Source: a virus
Taxonomy: Duplodnaviria > Caudoviricetes
Direction: 5' to 3' (one strand)
DNA: 50,827 bases
Virus record (IMG/VR): IMGVR_UViG_3300038429_000331
Coordinates: 1 to 50,827 of that record
Shown here: positions 33,843 to 43,096 of the stretch, in pieces
How the letters are laid out: each line of letters starts with the position of its first letter
Numbering within the stretch: position 1 is the first letter of the stretch
Position numbers and translations under genes: made by a program
The notes under the pieces: generated by a model
What the model was told of the DNA's origin: nothing
The model's database searches: none
What the model saw: only the letters and a program-made list of their open reading frames with translations

Positions 33843-35332
33843 TCGGAGGCCTCCTCGAGCACGTCGATGTATTCGGGATCCTTCTGCTTCTCCTGAGCTT
33901 TCAGCAGCGCAGAGGCCGCCTTGCGGGCATCTTTCAGGTCGACGCGGCATATCTTCGCTGCCGCCATGAGCAGCTCGCCTTTTCTCCCCCAGTAACGGGT
34001 TTCGATGTCCCCCGCGATCGTCATCTTCACCAACATGACGAATAGTCCCTTGCGGTCCATCCCGCGGATCCGCTTCTCGACCATGGCTCCCCGCTCCCAT
34101 TGCTCGATCTTGGCTAGTTCATACGACCCCTCACCGTGCTCGGCGAGGTCCAGGACGACCAGCCGAAGTAGTTCGATATCGAGATCCCTCTGCTTCGCGA
34201 CAGCTTCGACCGTCTTTCCGTAGATGATGCATCGGAAAGCCGCATTCAACTTGTGCTTCTGCTCCTCCTTCTCTCGCTGCGCCTTTTCCTTGGCGGCGGA
34301 GATCTGCGGAAGTGCGTGTGAATTGCCATTGCCGCGCACCTTGCCGTAGGTCATGCGCCCGATGCCCTCGCCGGCGACGATCAGGACCTTTTTGGCGCCG
34401 CGATCGTCCTTCTTGCATTCGTTCCAGTCATACGATCCGAGCGCGCCCTTCGGCTTGCCGCCGCCGCTCCAGCCCTTCTCGACCTCGAGGTGAGGGACGT
34501 CCTTCAGCTGTTCTCGTAGCTGATTGAGAAGGGCGGTCTGCTTCTTGGAGAAACAGGCGCGGTCGGTGCAGTAGTCCTTCTTGCCGTCTTTGCTGACGTC
34601 TGCAAAAAGCGCCGGCTGGAATCCTGCTCGTTTCGGACAGAGCTTGCAGGATCCCGCTGAGGGCACGAGGGTTTCGTCGTCCAGCTTCCAGCAGGCCTTC
34701 GAGAGCTCCATGAGGATGGAACGGTGGATCCAGGAATCCAGATCACGCACCGGAATAATCGACCCGTCGCCCCACCGATTGGTGATCCCGTTCTTCAAAA
34801 TTTCCTGCTGCTGCTTTGGCGCCAGACGAGCGATCAGGATCGCGTGCCCCGCGGTGATTTTATCCTTCACGAAGAGATCCCGGGCCTCCGGGACCAGGTC
34901 GAGAAGCTTCAACCGCTGGTAGATGTAGCTGGCCGACTTCCCGACTTCCTTCGCAATCTGCTCGATATCGTAGCCGGCCTTGTCGATGAGCCGCGCGAAT
35001 CCATCCGCCTCATCAAGGGGGTGGACGTCCTCCCGCTGCAGGTTCTCGATCGTCTGGATCTTGAGGACCTGCAGGTCGTCGAGCTCGCGCACGATCGTAG
35101 GGATCTCTGCCAGGCCTGCGAGCTTTGCGGCCCTCCAGCGTCGTTCGCCAGCGACGAGCTCGAAGTCGCCGTTCATCAGTTGCTTGCGCACGATAATCGG
35201 CTGCTGCACACCGACTTCTTTGATCGAGTCCGCGAGCTGCTGGAGCTTCACGGGATCGAAGCCGCCCACGCGGCGGTTGTCTGGATGTGGGATGATCTTC
35301 TCGAGAGAGAGCTGCTGTACTTGCTCGCTCAT
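33839..35332 (-). CDS. ParB/RepB/Spo0J family protein (long, Cys-containing C-terminal region)
   Basis: ATG 35332. Motifs LADSIKEVGVQQPIIVR, LVAGERRWRAA and IENLQREDVHPLDEA, plus an HTH. Confidence 0.9.
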   Translation of the reverse strand: MSEQVQQLSLEKIIPHPDNRRVGGFDPVKLQQLADSIKEVGVQQPIIVRKQLMNGDFELVAGERRWRAAKLAGLAEIPTIVRELDDLQVLKIQTIENLQREDVHPLDEADGFARLIDKAGYDIEQIAKEVGKSASYIYQRLKLLDLVPEARDLFVKDKITAGHAILIARLAPKQQQEILKNGITNRWGDGSIIPVRDLDSWIHRSILMELSKACWKLDDETLVPSAGSCKLCPKRAGFQPALFADVSKDGKKDYCTDRACFSKKQTALLNQLREQLKDVPHLEVEKGWSGGGKPKGALGSYDWNECKKDDRGAKKVLIVAGEGIGRMTYGKVRGNGNSHALPQISAAKEKAQREKEEQKHKLNAAFRCIIYGKTVEAVAKQRDLDIELLRLVVLDLAEHGEGSYELAKIEQWERGAMVEKRIRGMDRKGLFVMLVKMTIAGDIETRYWGRKGELLMAAAKICRVDLKDARKAASALLKAQEKQKDPEYIDVLEEASE

Positions 35333-35345
35333 GATGTTCTCCTTT

Positions 35346-37034
35346 TCATGCGAAGAGCTCCTCGCTCGCGCGGAGCTCGCCCCTTCCGAGGACCTCAACG
35401 AGCTGCCGTGAGCGAAGGCGCTGGATGTAGGTATCGCGACTCGAGCGCTTGTACCCGGTCGATTCCTCGAGGGCTTCGCGAGCGATCGCCCCAGGGTAAG
35501 CCTCAATAAGGTGGGCGAAGATCTTGCGCTCGCCCTCCGGGAGCCGGCTCAGCCAGTGGGCTCGCAGTTCTGCCCCGGTGGCCATCGGCTCGAAGTCAGG
35601 CCCGAGCGCAGCAATGCCTTCTGCGGTTGCCGTGATCGTCGCCCCGACCTGGATGTATCCGCGGGACTGCAGGCGCTGCAGGTACGTATCTCGAGAGCTC
35701 CGCTTGTACCCGGTGAGCACCGTGATCTGCTCGCGGGTGGCTCGTCCCGAATATTGCGCGCAGATGGTCAGGATCGCCTTCTCGCCTGGCGCCAGACGGC
35801 CCTCTGGAGTCTCGGTGGCCCGAGCAGACTGGATCCGAGGCGGTCTGGACGGAAGTGGCACAGGAACCGGCCGGCTGGACGCCTGGACAGGACCTGGCAG
35901 AAGATTTCCGTTGAGCAAGGGAAGGACTTTGTTGAGGTCATCGATTACGCGGCTGATGGCCACCCAGAGCTGTTTCGAGGTCGCCTGCACGGCCTTCTGT
36001 GCCGCCGCATACCCCTGGGCCTGCCCATCCTTGAGTGCCCGTTGCAAGGCCCCGGGATCCTCCGCCGCGGCCGCTGGCTTCTTCGCGAGCTCGGCCTCCA
36101 GCTTAAAGATCTTCCGCTTGAGCTCTCGGGGATCCTCCGCCTTCGCCCGCTCGATCGTGGCCGCCATGCGCTCCTGGAGGATCTTCAGGTCGACCTGAGC
36201 GAGCTTCTTCGGCTCGATCTTCCTCTGCCCTGGCTCAGGCGTCGCGCTGGAGTTGAACGTCTCGCGCTCCCGGACGTGCACGCGCTTGAATAGATCTAGC
36301 CAGCCGGCGGACATGATCCAAGCGTCGCCCAGGGGAAGTGTCGCGAGAGTCTCAGTCACCTGCTCGAGCTGCTTCTCGGTGGCGTGGACTTTCATCCATT
36401 CAAGGATCGGGGCGCGGTCCCGGGGGTGCGCCGTACGCAGTGCGACCAGAACCTCCATCTGGGTCAGAACGTCCTTGTTGAGAACGGCCGATCGCTGGGT
36501 AACGAGCGTGCATCCCAGGCCACGGATCCGTCCGCGCCGCACGATCTCATCGATGGCGCCGAGCATTCTCATTTCATCCGGCCTCGGCTTCTGCGGGCAG
36601 AAGGCGTCCGCCTCATCCATGATCAGGTGAAGCGGGTTGCGGTTCTTGCGGTAAAGCTCCTCGGCGAAGTCGGCAACGAAGCGGCGCATGGCGGACTTCG
36701 AGAAAAGCGACAGATCGATCACCAGCTGCGGCGCCTCGTCCGCCAGGAGCGCGGCGATCACCTTGCCGGCGGCTTCCTCGAGCGGCACGTCCCCGTGGTC
36801 CCCGCCGAGGATCGTTACCGGGTAGCCGACGCCCTTCCCATCCGCGCTGGCCCTCAGCCCCCACCAGGCGCCGGTCGGGTCGAGGACCGCAAACGGCAGG
36901 CTGGCCTTCGAGAACTCCTCCGCGAGCACGGACGCCGTGTACGTCTTGCCGACCCCACGCATTGCCAGGATGGCGAACGTCTGGGTCACGGCCTTCAGGG
37001 GCAGGGAAAGGCCGGTGGCGATATGCAGGGTCAC
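35346..37034 (-). CDS. HerA/FtsK-like (DUF87) ATPase with two C-terminal winged-helix repeats
   Basis: Walker A RGVGKT, VLDPTGAW, Walker B IMDEAD, RGRIRGLG...TQR; TGYKRSSRDTY repeated twice. Confidence 0.85.
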   Translation of the reverse strand: MTLHIATGLSLPLKAVTQTFAILAMRGVGKTYTASVLAEEFSKASLPFAVLDPTGAWWGLRASADGKGVGYPVTILGGDHGDVPLEEAAGKVIAALLADEAPQLVIDLSLFSKSAMRRFVADFAEELYRKNRNPLHLIMDEADAFCPQKPRPDEMRMLGAIDEIVRRGRIRGLGCTLVTQRSAVLNKDVLTQMEVLVALRTAHPRDRAPILEWMKVHATEKQLEQVTETLATLPLGDAWIMSAGWLDLFKRVHVRERETFNSSATPEPGQRKIEPKKLAQVDLKILQERMAATIERAKAEDPRELKRKIFKLEAELAKKPAAAAEDPGALQRALKDGQAQGYAAAQKAVQATSKQLWVAISRVIDDLNKVLPLLNGNLLPGPVQASSRPVPVPLPSRPPRIQSARATETPEGRLAPGEKAILTICAQYSGRATREQITVLTGYKRSSRDTYLQRLQSRGYIQVGATITATAEGIAALGPDFEPMATGAELRAHWLSRLPEGERKIFAHLIEAYPGAIAREALEESTGYKRSSRDTYIQRLRSRQLVEVLGRGELRASEELFA

Positions 37035-40000
37035 GCCGCGGTCCTCTTCATCTCGATCTTCTGCCCGATCGCCTCCTGGACCTCGGGCGAGTGCGTGATC
37101 ACGATCGTGTTTCTGCGCCCGCTCTCCTGATGCGCGGCCTCGAGCATCGTGAAGTACTTCTGGCGGGATTCAGGATCCAGCGCGCCATCCGCCTCGTCAG
37201 CGAACACAGTGAGGAACCGGATCCCTGTCGTGCGATCGCGGATAATGGCGAATGCGTCGAAAAGTGCACGGTAGATCCATACGCGCTCACCGCCGCTGAG
37301 CGTCTCGATCGGCTGCTCAGTCAGGAGCTCGTTGTCGATCACGATGATTGAGAAATCCTCGATCTGACGGGTTTTTGCGCCTTTGCCAGCAATGCGCGTC
37401 GTGCGGAATTCCACGGAGAACCGTGAGCCGTAAGCAGATGAGAGCATTCTGTTCGTGACTTCCGCGATCGAAGGCCCGAGTGCATCCAGCTCGAGCGCCT
37501 GGATCCCGTCGGGCCCGCAGGCCTGCTCGAGGTAGCGCCACTCCGCGGCCTCGGCCTCCGTCTTCGCCAGTGAGGTCCTCAGCTGCTCAAGCTCGCACTT
37601 CTGCTTTGCGATTGCCTCGAGCTGTTTCAGCGCGGCCTCCAGCTTCGCCGCGGCGGTCGCACGCTCCTCCTTGGCCGCGGTATAGGCCGTCCGAGCGGCC
37701 TCGTATTGCTTCAGAGCTTCGGCGTGGGCCGGCCGGATTTTCGGATCCAGCTGGGCGCGGAGGTCCTCGGCCTTCCGCGATAGAGCAGCTGCGTCGCCTT
37801 CCAGCGCGGCGATCTGGACGTTGAGCCTGTCGATCTCCTGCTCGGCTTTCGCCGCGGTCTCAAGCGTCGCCCGGGCCGTGACGACATCGATCTGTCGTAG
37901 TACCGTACGGATCCTCGTGAGCTCTGTCTCGTCGGCCTCTGGCAGCTTCGGTGGCGTCGGATTCGCCGGGTCCTTGATCACGATGAGCTCGGCCTCTTTG
38001 GCCATGATCTGATTGCCGAGAGTGTGGATCTTCTTCCTGATCGCCTTCAGCTGCGCGTCCTTCTCTGCGCGGCCCGCGTTGAGATCCTTGTGCCAGTGCT
38101 CTTTCCCGGCTCCGCACTCGGGGCATTCGTCGGTCAGCGGCTGCGCGAGCTCCTCCTGGAGAGTCTCGCCCTGGGAAAGAAGAACTCGGTGATCGCCCTC
38201 CAGGCGCGCCTTCTCCGTGCGGATCCTGGTGCGCTGCACTTCGAGTCCTTTGACATCAGCTGCATGAGCCTTGAGCGTGTCTCCATACTCAGCGCTGAAT
38301 CGGGCTCGCTCGGCATTGATCGCTGAAAGCCGCTCATTCTCGGCGCCCTCCTGTTCCTTCAGTTTCGCGTGACGATCGACATCGGCCTGCGCCTGGTCGC
38401 GCTGTGAAAGGGATACCTGGTAGCCCTTGATCGCCCTCTGTGCGGCCTGTACCTGGCTGAGCTTCTTCTGCGCATCATCCGCCGCGGCAGCGATGTCCTT
38501 TCCGATCTGATCCTGTTGGGCGACGTCCTTCGCGAGCTGCTCGACCTCCGCCTTCAGCTGCTTGCCCTGCTCTACTGCCTTCCCAATCGCGACGTCGGCT
38601 TCGTACACGTCGACGTCCGCCTGGAACTTCGATGCCTGAACGTTCGGCTCTTCCGCGACCAGCCGCTCCATGAGAGTGATCTGACCGCGGCCGACTGTGA
38701 CCTGGCTCTCCAGCGCAACAGCCCGCGCCTTCGCGCTCTCGCTGTAGGCCTGGATGTAGTCCAGCCCGGCGAGCTCGCGGAAGATGGCCTTCTTCTCGCC
38801 CTTCGTGGCGTCCGACAGATCCGGGTTGCTCTTTGTTGGCCGCTGGCTGACAAACGCGGACCGGAGGAACAGTGGGAGGCTGCCGATCAGCTTCTCGATG
38901 GCAGTCTCATATTCCTCTTTCCTCCCGTTCGTGAGCGGGATCCAGCCGAGACAGAGCTCGGCGGGACGGTCCGGCGGATCGCCGTGGAACAGGTGGTACT
39001 TCACGCTGCCGCTGGTGTTCGCGCCGTCGATCTCAATGAGCGCTCGGTATTCGGTCCCGGTGCGCTCGTCCACGAACCAGAGCTCCCGCGCCGAATCGCG
39101 AAGCCGGAAATGATCCTGCAGCTTGCCGTCGCGCGTGAGCATGCAGGGGTATGGGTGCATGTTCTCGATGAGCGTGGACTTACCGGCGCCGTTGGCCCCG
39201 ATGAGCGCGATGAGTCCCGGATCCTTCTTGTCCAGATCGATGTCGATCTCGTCCTGGCGGAGGCCCTTCCAAATCCCTACGGCCCCCCGGAGGCGCAGGC
39301 GGCGCAAGCGGAAGTGCATGCCCGCGGCCGCGCCCCGCTCCTCTGCCTCGCGTTCCAATACTGCTGCCTTCAGCTCGACGGAGGTCGGAACGTTGTAGCC
39401 CTGGCCGCTCGCTTCGGCGTAGATTGAGAGTTTCTCTGCCAGCCGATGCTTCTCCGTGATCTCCGCCGCGCGCACGGTCTCCGTCGGAATGAGGTCCACC
39501 GTCACGCGGGAGCCGGGAAGCGCGCCTGCCAGCAAGTAGGAATTGAGGTAGGACATAGTATCGATCTTCGCGGCCTCCTCCTTCGTCGCTCGATAGCAGA
39601 CCCACGCTTGCACGCCTTCAACATCGCCGGCCGGCTCGGGCCAAGGGAGGGAGAACTTCACGCGCCGCGGATGCGGGAACGGAATGCGCTCAACTTTCGG
39701 CGGAATCCCGGGGCCTTCGAGCGTGACCAAGTTGCAGCCGCATGTTCCCAGGTGGCCCCAGTCGGTGTGGTAGGCAGGCCCAGGGTAATAGGCTTCGAGG
39801 CCGTCGATCTTCTGCTCAAGGTGGACATGGCCAAGAGCCGCATAATCAAATCCCGCGAGTTGGAGATCCTCGCGCCCGATGCCGTCTGCGGAGACGGTGC
39901 GATTCTGGAGCGTAGAACCCTGAACCGATCCGTGGAAAAGGAGAATCGCAGGAAATTCAGGCTGGGCTGCGCGCATGGCACCAAAACTCAGCAGAATAGA

Positions 40001-40447
40001 TCGAACACTTTCTGAGAGTTTCCGATTTGATTCGTCTGCGCTGAGATCCTGCTCGCCAGCAAGGAGCCATTCTTTTCCTGCTTCCGGCATTCCGAAGAAC
40101 ATGATTCCAGCGACAACCTGAGCATCATCGGGGCGCAGATTGATGAAGCGATGCCCCGCTTCCAACTCGCACAGAACGTCATACGCCCCTGGTACGTCGT
40201 GAGTGACGGTGCCCTCGATCGACAGGATTGGGGCGACTTCGAGCATGCGCTGAATCACGTTCACGAGCCGCGGGAATCCCGCACTATGTGAATTCTGAAC
40301 GCCGCGGTCAAAGAGATCTCCCGCGAACGCCCAGGCGTCGATCTGCTCGCGCGTTCCTACTTCCAGTGCACATTCAAGACTGGCGATCGCGAGATCTTGA
40401 TTCTCTTTCGAGAAATGCACGTCTGCAAGGTGAATCATTTTTTTCAT
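37031..40447 (-). CDS. Fused SbcD (Mre11-like phosphoesterase) - SbcC (Rad50-like ABC ATPase)
   Basis: N-terminal ADVH, AGDLFD and ALGHVH; then GANGAGKS, coiled coil with CPEC zinc hook, LSGGE, DEADGALD and ITH, all in one frame. Confidence 0.93.
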   Translation of the reverse strand: MKKMIHLADVHFSKENQDLAIASLECALEVGTREQIDAWAFAGDLFDRGVQNSHSAGFPRLVNVIQRMLEVAPILSIEGTVTHDVPGAYDVLCELEAGHRFINLRPDDAQVVAGIMFFGMPEAGKEWLLAGEQDLSADESNRKLSESVRSILLSFGAMRAAQPEFPAILLFHGSVQGSTLQNRTVSADGIGREDLQLAGFDYAALGHVHLEQKIDGLEAYYPGPAYHTDWGHLGTCGCNLVTLEGPGIPPKVERIPFPHPRRVKFSLPWPEPAGDVEGVQAWVCYRATKEEAAKIDTMSYLNSYLLAGALPGSRVTVDLIPTETVRAAEITEKHRLAEKLSIYAEASGQGYNVPTSVELKAAVLEREAEERGAAAGMHFRLRRLRLRGAVGIWKGLRQDEIDIDLDKKDPGLIALIGANGAGKSTLIENMHPYPCMLTRDGKLQDHFRLRDSARELWFVDERTGTEYRALIEIDGANTSGSVKYHLFHGDPPDRPAELCLGWIPLTNGRKEEYETAIEKLIGSLPLFLRSAFVSQRPTKSNPDLSDATKGEKKAIFRELAGLDYIQAYSESAKARAVALESQVTVGRGQITLMERLVAEEPNVQASKFQADVDVYEADVAIGKAVEQGKQLKAEVEQLAKDVAQQDQIGKDIAAAADDAQKKLSQVQAAQRAIKGYQVSLSQRDQAQADVDRHAKLKEQEGAENERLSAINAERARFSAEYGDTLKAHAADVKGLEVQRTRIRTEKARLEGDHRVLLSQGETLQEELAQPLTDECPECGAGKEHWHKDLNAGRAEKDAQLKAIRKKIHTLGNQIMAKEAELIVIKDPANPTPPKLPEADETELTRIRTVLRQIDVVTARATLETAAKAEQEIDRLNVQIAALEGDAAALSRKAEDLRAQLDPKIRPAHAEALKQYEAARTAYTAAKEERATAAAKLEAALKQLEAIAKQKCELEQLRTSLAKTEAEAAEWRYLEQACGPDGIQALELDALGPSIAEVTNRMLSSAYGSRFSVEFRTTRIAGKGAKTRQIEDFSIIVIDNELLTEQPIETLSGGERVWIYRALFDAFAIIRDRTTGIRFLTVFADEADGALDPESRQKYFTMLEAAHQESGRRNTIVITHSPEVQEAIGQKIEMKRTAA

Positions 40448-40929
40448 GATGCTGCCTGCCTTTCGTTGCTGTGCAGGCGCGTATGGCACCGATCACAGAG
40501 AATGAGCAGGTTGGATGGATCATGATTCGGTCTGGCGCTGGTGCGTCCCATGCCGTCGATATGATGGACCGTCAGTTCGCGACCGAAGGTAGCCTTATGC
40601 TCGGCGTTGCTTATGCCGCAGTGAGTGCATCCGTCACGTTCTCTCCGCTCGATTACTTCAGGATGAGCTCCGAAGTGGTACTTCTGTTGGTAGCGCCTGA
40701 TGTACTCGCGCGACTTCTGGAGATTTTTCCTCCAATACCATTTCGAATAACATTTCTCACAGAGGCCGTGGCCAGTGATGATTCCAACCGTTCCGCATCC
40801 AGAGCAGGCCCTTATCTTTTCGGGCTTCATGGGGATGCCTTGTTCCCGTCTCTGCCGTCTCTTGTAGCAGCGCAGACAGAGATCCTTAAAATCAATTTCT
40901 CTTTCGTTACAATCCATGCAGAGCTTCAT
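40444..40929 (-). CDS. HNH endonuclease with Cys-rich N-terminus
   Basis: CTHCG, LTVHHIDG, NLLILCDRCHTRLH. Confidence 0.88.
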   Translation of the reverse strand: MKLCMDCNEREIDFKDLCLRCYKRRQRREQGIPMKPEKIRACSGCGTVGIITGHGLCEKCYSKWYWRKNLQKSREYIRRYQQKYHFGAHPEVIERRERDGCTHCGISNAEHKATFGRELTVHHIDGMGRTSARPNHDPSNLLILCDRCHTRLHSNERQAAS

Positions 40930-41186
40930 CTGAGCGCCTCCACGTCGTCGTCGCTGACGAGCTCGACCGCCATGCGCGAGAGCGGCTGCGGGGTCTCGAA
41001 GGGGATCTCGTCGATCGCCGCTTCCGCCGCGGCCTCCGCGATGCGTTCGAGACTCGGCGCACTCAGGAGCTTCTTGATATCGGCACCGTTGCCCTGAACG
41101 AGGACGGAGTGAACGTCAAAGCCGTTTGCGTGCTTGATGCCACCTACCGTGAAAGCAACCCCTTCCAAGTGAAAATAGACTGTCAT
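40926..41186 (-). CDS. Hypothetical protein
   Basis: ATG 41186 (MTVYFHLEG) overlaps the upstream stop. Confidence 0.6.
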   Translation of the reverse strand: MTVYFHLEGVAFTVGGIKHANGFDVHSVLVQGNGADIKKLLSAPSLERIAEAAAEAAIDEIPFETPQPLSRMAVELVSDDDVEALR

Positions 41187-42166
41187 GCGGCACCGCCTTT
41201 CGGCGCGTTCTTCTGCAGCCACGCTTCGAAGCGGTCGATGGCACTGTTGATCTCCTCGATTGTCGCGTCCTTCTTCGCCACCAGGTCTTCGAGCAGCTTC
41301 GTCGCCTTGGCGGAGCCGCTGATCTTTTCCCGGTAGCTCTCCATCATTTCGCGCGCGGCCTGAAGCGGCGTCTTCTCGGGTGCCGGGGGAGCATCGTCGA
41401 AGTCGTCGAGAGGGAGCTCTCCCTCCGCATGCGCGGGCCCCGGGATCCTCTCGCCGTTCTCGTCGTACGTGCGCTGGATCTGCTTCGGAGGCCCGAACAC
41501 GGTCTCCGTCGCACCCAGGGCGTGGCTGATCACAGCGTCGCGCATCGTCGGATCGGTCATGATACCGTTCACGTTGCGGTCGATGCGGAGGATTTTCATC
41601 CCGCGCATGAGCTCCTGCGGAGTCTTGAAGCTGCGCGCGATCTTCGCCAGCTTGTGAATAAGCGCATGCTGAAATCCGGTCACCGCACGCTGCTCGCCAA
41701 ACTTCGCGGTTTCAAGCACGTGCTTGCGCTTGGCATTGTCGGTGCTGTACTTGCCTTCGGTGTCACTGAGAAAATCCAGCTCGGCGCGCTGCTCGGCGTC
41801 AAACTCATAACTGGCAGTCTCTCGAAGCATCGAGCCGTCAGGCTGCCGTTTTTCACCTGCTCCTGAGCAGACGTAGACATACTTGCTACGTTTGCTCGTC
41901 GTCTGTTCCGTGATCGTGATCCCGGCCTTTTCCCTGATCAGGTTGACGAGCTGCGGTTTTGCCATGATGCCGACCTTCGGGATTGGCGGGTAGAAATCGT
42001 CAACTGTCGGTTTGATGATGCTGACGACCGGAATGAACAGCGCCGCGGTCTCCAGGTCCTCGGGTCGCACGTAGGAAATACAGTTCGGCTCGGAATTGAG
42101 GATCGCCAGCGCCCTGGCCTTCGCTTCCGCCTGTATCTTGGCGGGCACGTTTTCTGTAGAATCCAT
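41183..42166 (-). CDS. Hypothetical protein, possible single-strand annealing / recombination protein
   Basis: ATG 42166 with AAGGAG RBS; 327 aa; upstream of the SbcDC fusion. Function from position only. Confidence 0.55.
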   Translation of the reverse strand: MDSTENVPAKIQAEAKARALAILNSEPNCISYVRPEDLETAALFIPVVSIIKPTVDDFYPPIPKVGIMAKPQLVNLIREKAGITITEQTTSKRSKYVYVCSGAGEKRQPDGSMLRETASYEFDAEQRAELDFLSDTEGKYSTDNAKRKHVLETAKFGEQRAVTGFQHALIHKLAKIARSFKTPQELMRGMKILRIDRNVNGIMTDPTMRDAVISHALGATETVFGPPKQIQRTYDENGERIPGPAHAEGELPLDDFDDAPPAPEKTPLQAAREMMESYREKISGSAKATKLLEDLVAKKDATIEEINSAIDRFEAWLQKNAPKGGAA

Positions 42167-42202
42167 ATCTCGGCTCCTTCTTCCCCTCGCGGGGAGTGCT
42201 TG

Positions 42203-42248
42203 AAAAAACCGGGTCGGCGGGGTGAGTTGACAGCTTCCCGCCGCCCGG
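42203..42248 (-). terminator. Intrinsic terminator
   Basis: CCGGG-CGGCGGG / CCCGCCG-CCCGG stem followed by TTTTTT on the minus strand. Confidence 0.75.
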
Positions 42249-42306
42249 CAGGAGCCGAACACGCGCTGCTGTCGTAGCGCGCACTCGGCTCCGATTGCCA
42301 AGACCT

Positions 42307-42624
42307 TTACGCGGGACCTGCCTCCTTTGGTGCTTCGGCCGCATTGATGCCGGCCGCGGGATTCGGCGTCGCGATCGGAACGGAGGTCGAAACGATCTTT
42401 ACCGTCGCCTGCCCTGTCCCGTCGGGGTTGAAGTGGCCCTGGCTCTCGACGTGGATGCCGAGTTCGCTCTTGACGTCGGTGAACAGCTTGGAGATCTCCG
42501 TCACCACGGCCTTCTCTCCGGCTGCCACGGCGCGGTGCAACGCACTGGCCTCCTTTGCGATGTCCTTCTCGATTGAGGCAGCGACGTTTTCTGCCTTCCC
42601 GATCAAATTCCGATACCAGCTCAT
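42307..42624 (-). CDS. Hypothetical protein
   Basis: 105 aa; GAGGAGG RBS. Confidence 0.65.
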   Translation of the reverse strand: MSWYRNLIGKAENVAASIEKDIAKEASALHRAVAAGEKAVVTEISKLFTDVKSELGIHVESQGHFNPDGTGQATVKIVSTSVPIATPNPAAGINAAEAPKEAGPA

Positions 42625-42887
42625 TCAAACCTCCTCGAACGATTTTTCGCGCCGGCCAACAGCCGGCCCTCCCGGTTTCCTCCCAGCTTGATTTGGTCAT
42701 CCACGGCTTTCTTGATCTCAGCCTGCATCCAGCAGGTGAGCTCGTCAGTCACGTCCACCGCGGCGCGTAGAATGCGAATCACCTGCGCGTCTTTCGCTGC
42801 AGCGCGAGCAGGAAATACACGCACAAGGACGTCATATCCAGCACCGCCCACACTCACACGCATGGAGCGAAAGTGCGGCTTCTTCAT
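42621..42887 (-). CDS. Hypothetical protein
   Basis: 88 aa; coupled to neighbours. Confidence 0.6.
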   Translation of the reverse strand: MKKPHFRSMRVSVGGAGYDVLVRVFPARAAAKDAQVIRILRAAVDVTDELTCWMQAEIKKAVDDQIKLGGNREGRLLAGAKNRSRRFE

Positions 42888-43096
42888 GCCGGCCGTCCCT
42901 CAGGATTGCCCCCAGACCGCGGGGCGGGGGCCTCGCCCCTACCCCGGTGATGAGCGCCGTATCTATTGACCTCCATCTCCCTGAAGACGCAGTAGCGAGC
43001 AAAGTCGCTGACGTGCTTCCAGCGCCGCTTCTTGGCGACGTAGGCTTCCAGGGATGCGCGCTCCTCGGCAGTTACTCTGAAACGAACTTCGCTCAT
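42884..43096 (-). CDS. Ribbon-helix-helix DNA-binding protein
   Basis: VRFRVTAEERASLEAYV...HVSDFARYCV. Confidence 0.75.
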   Translation of the reverse strand: MSEVRFRVTAEERASLEAYVAKKRRWKHVSDFARYCVFREMEVNRYGAHHRGRGEAPAPRSGGNPEGRPA

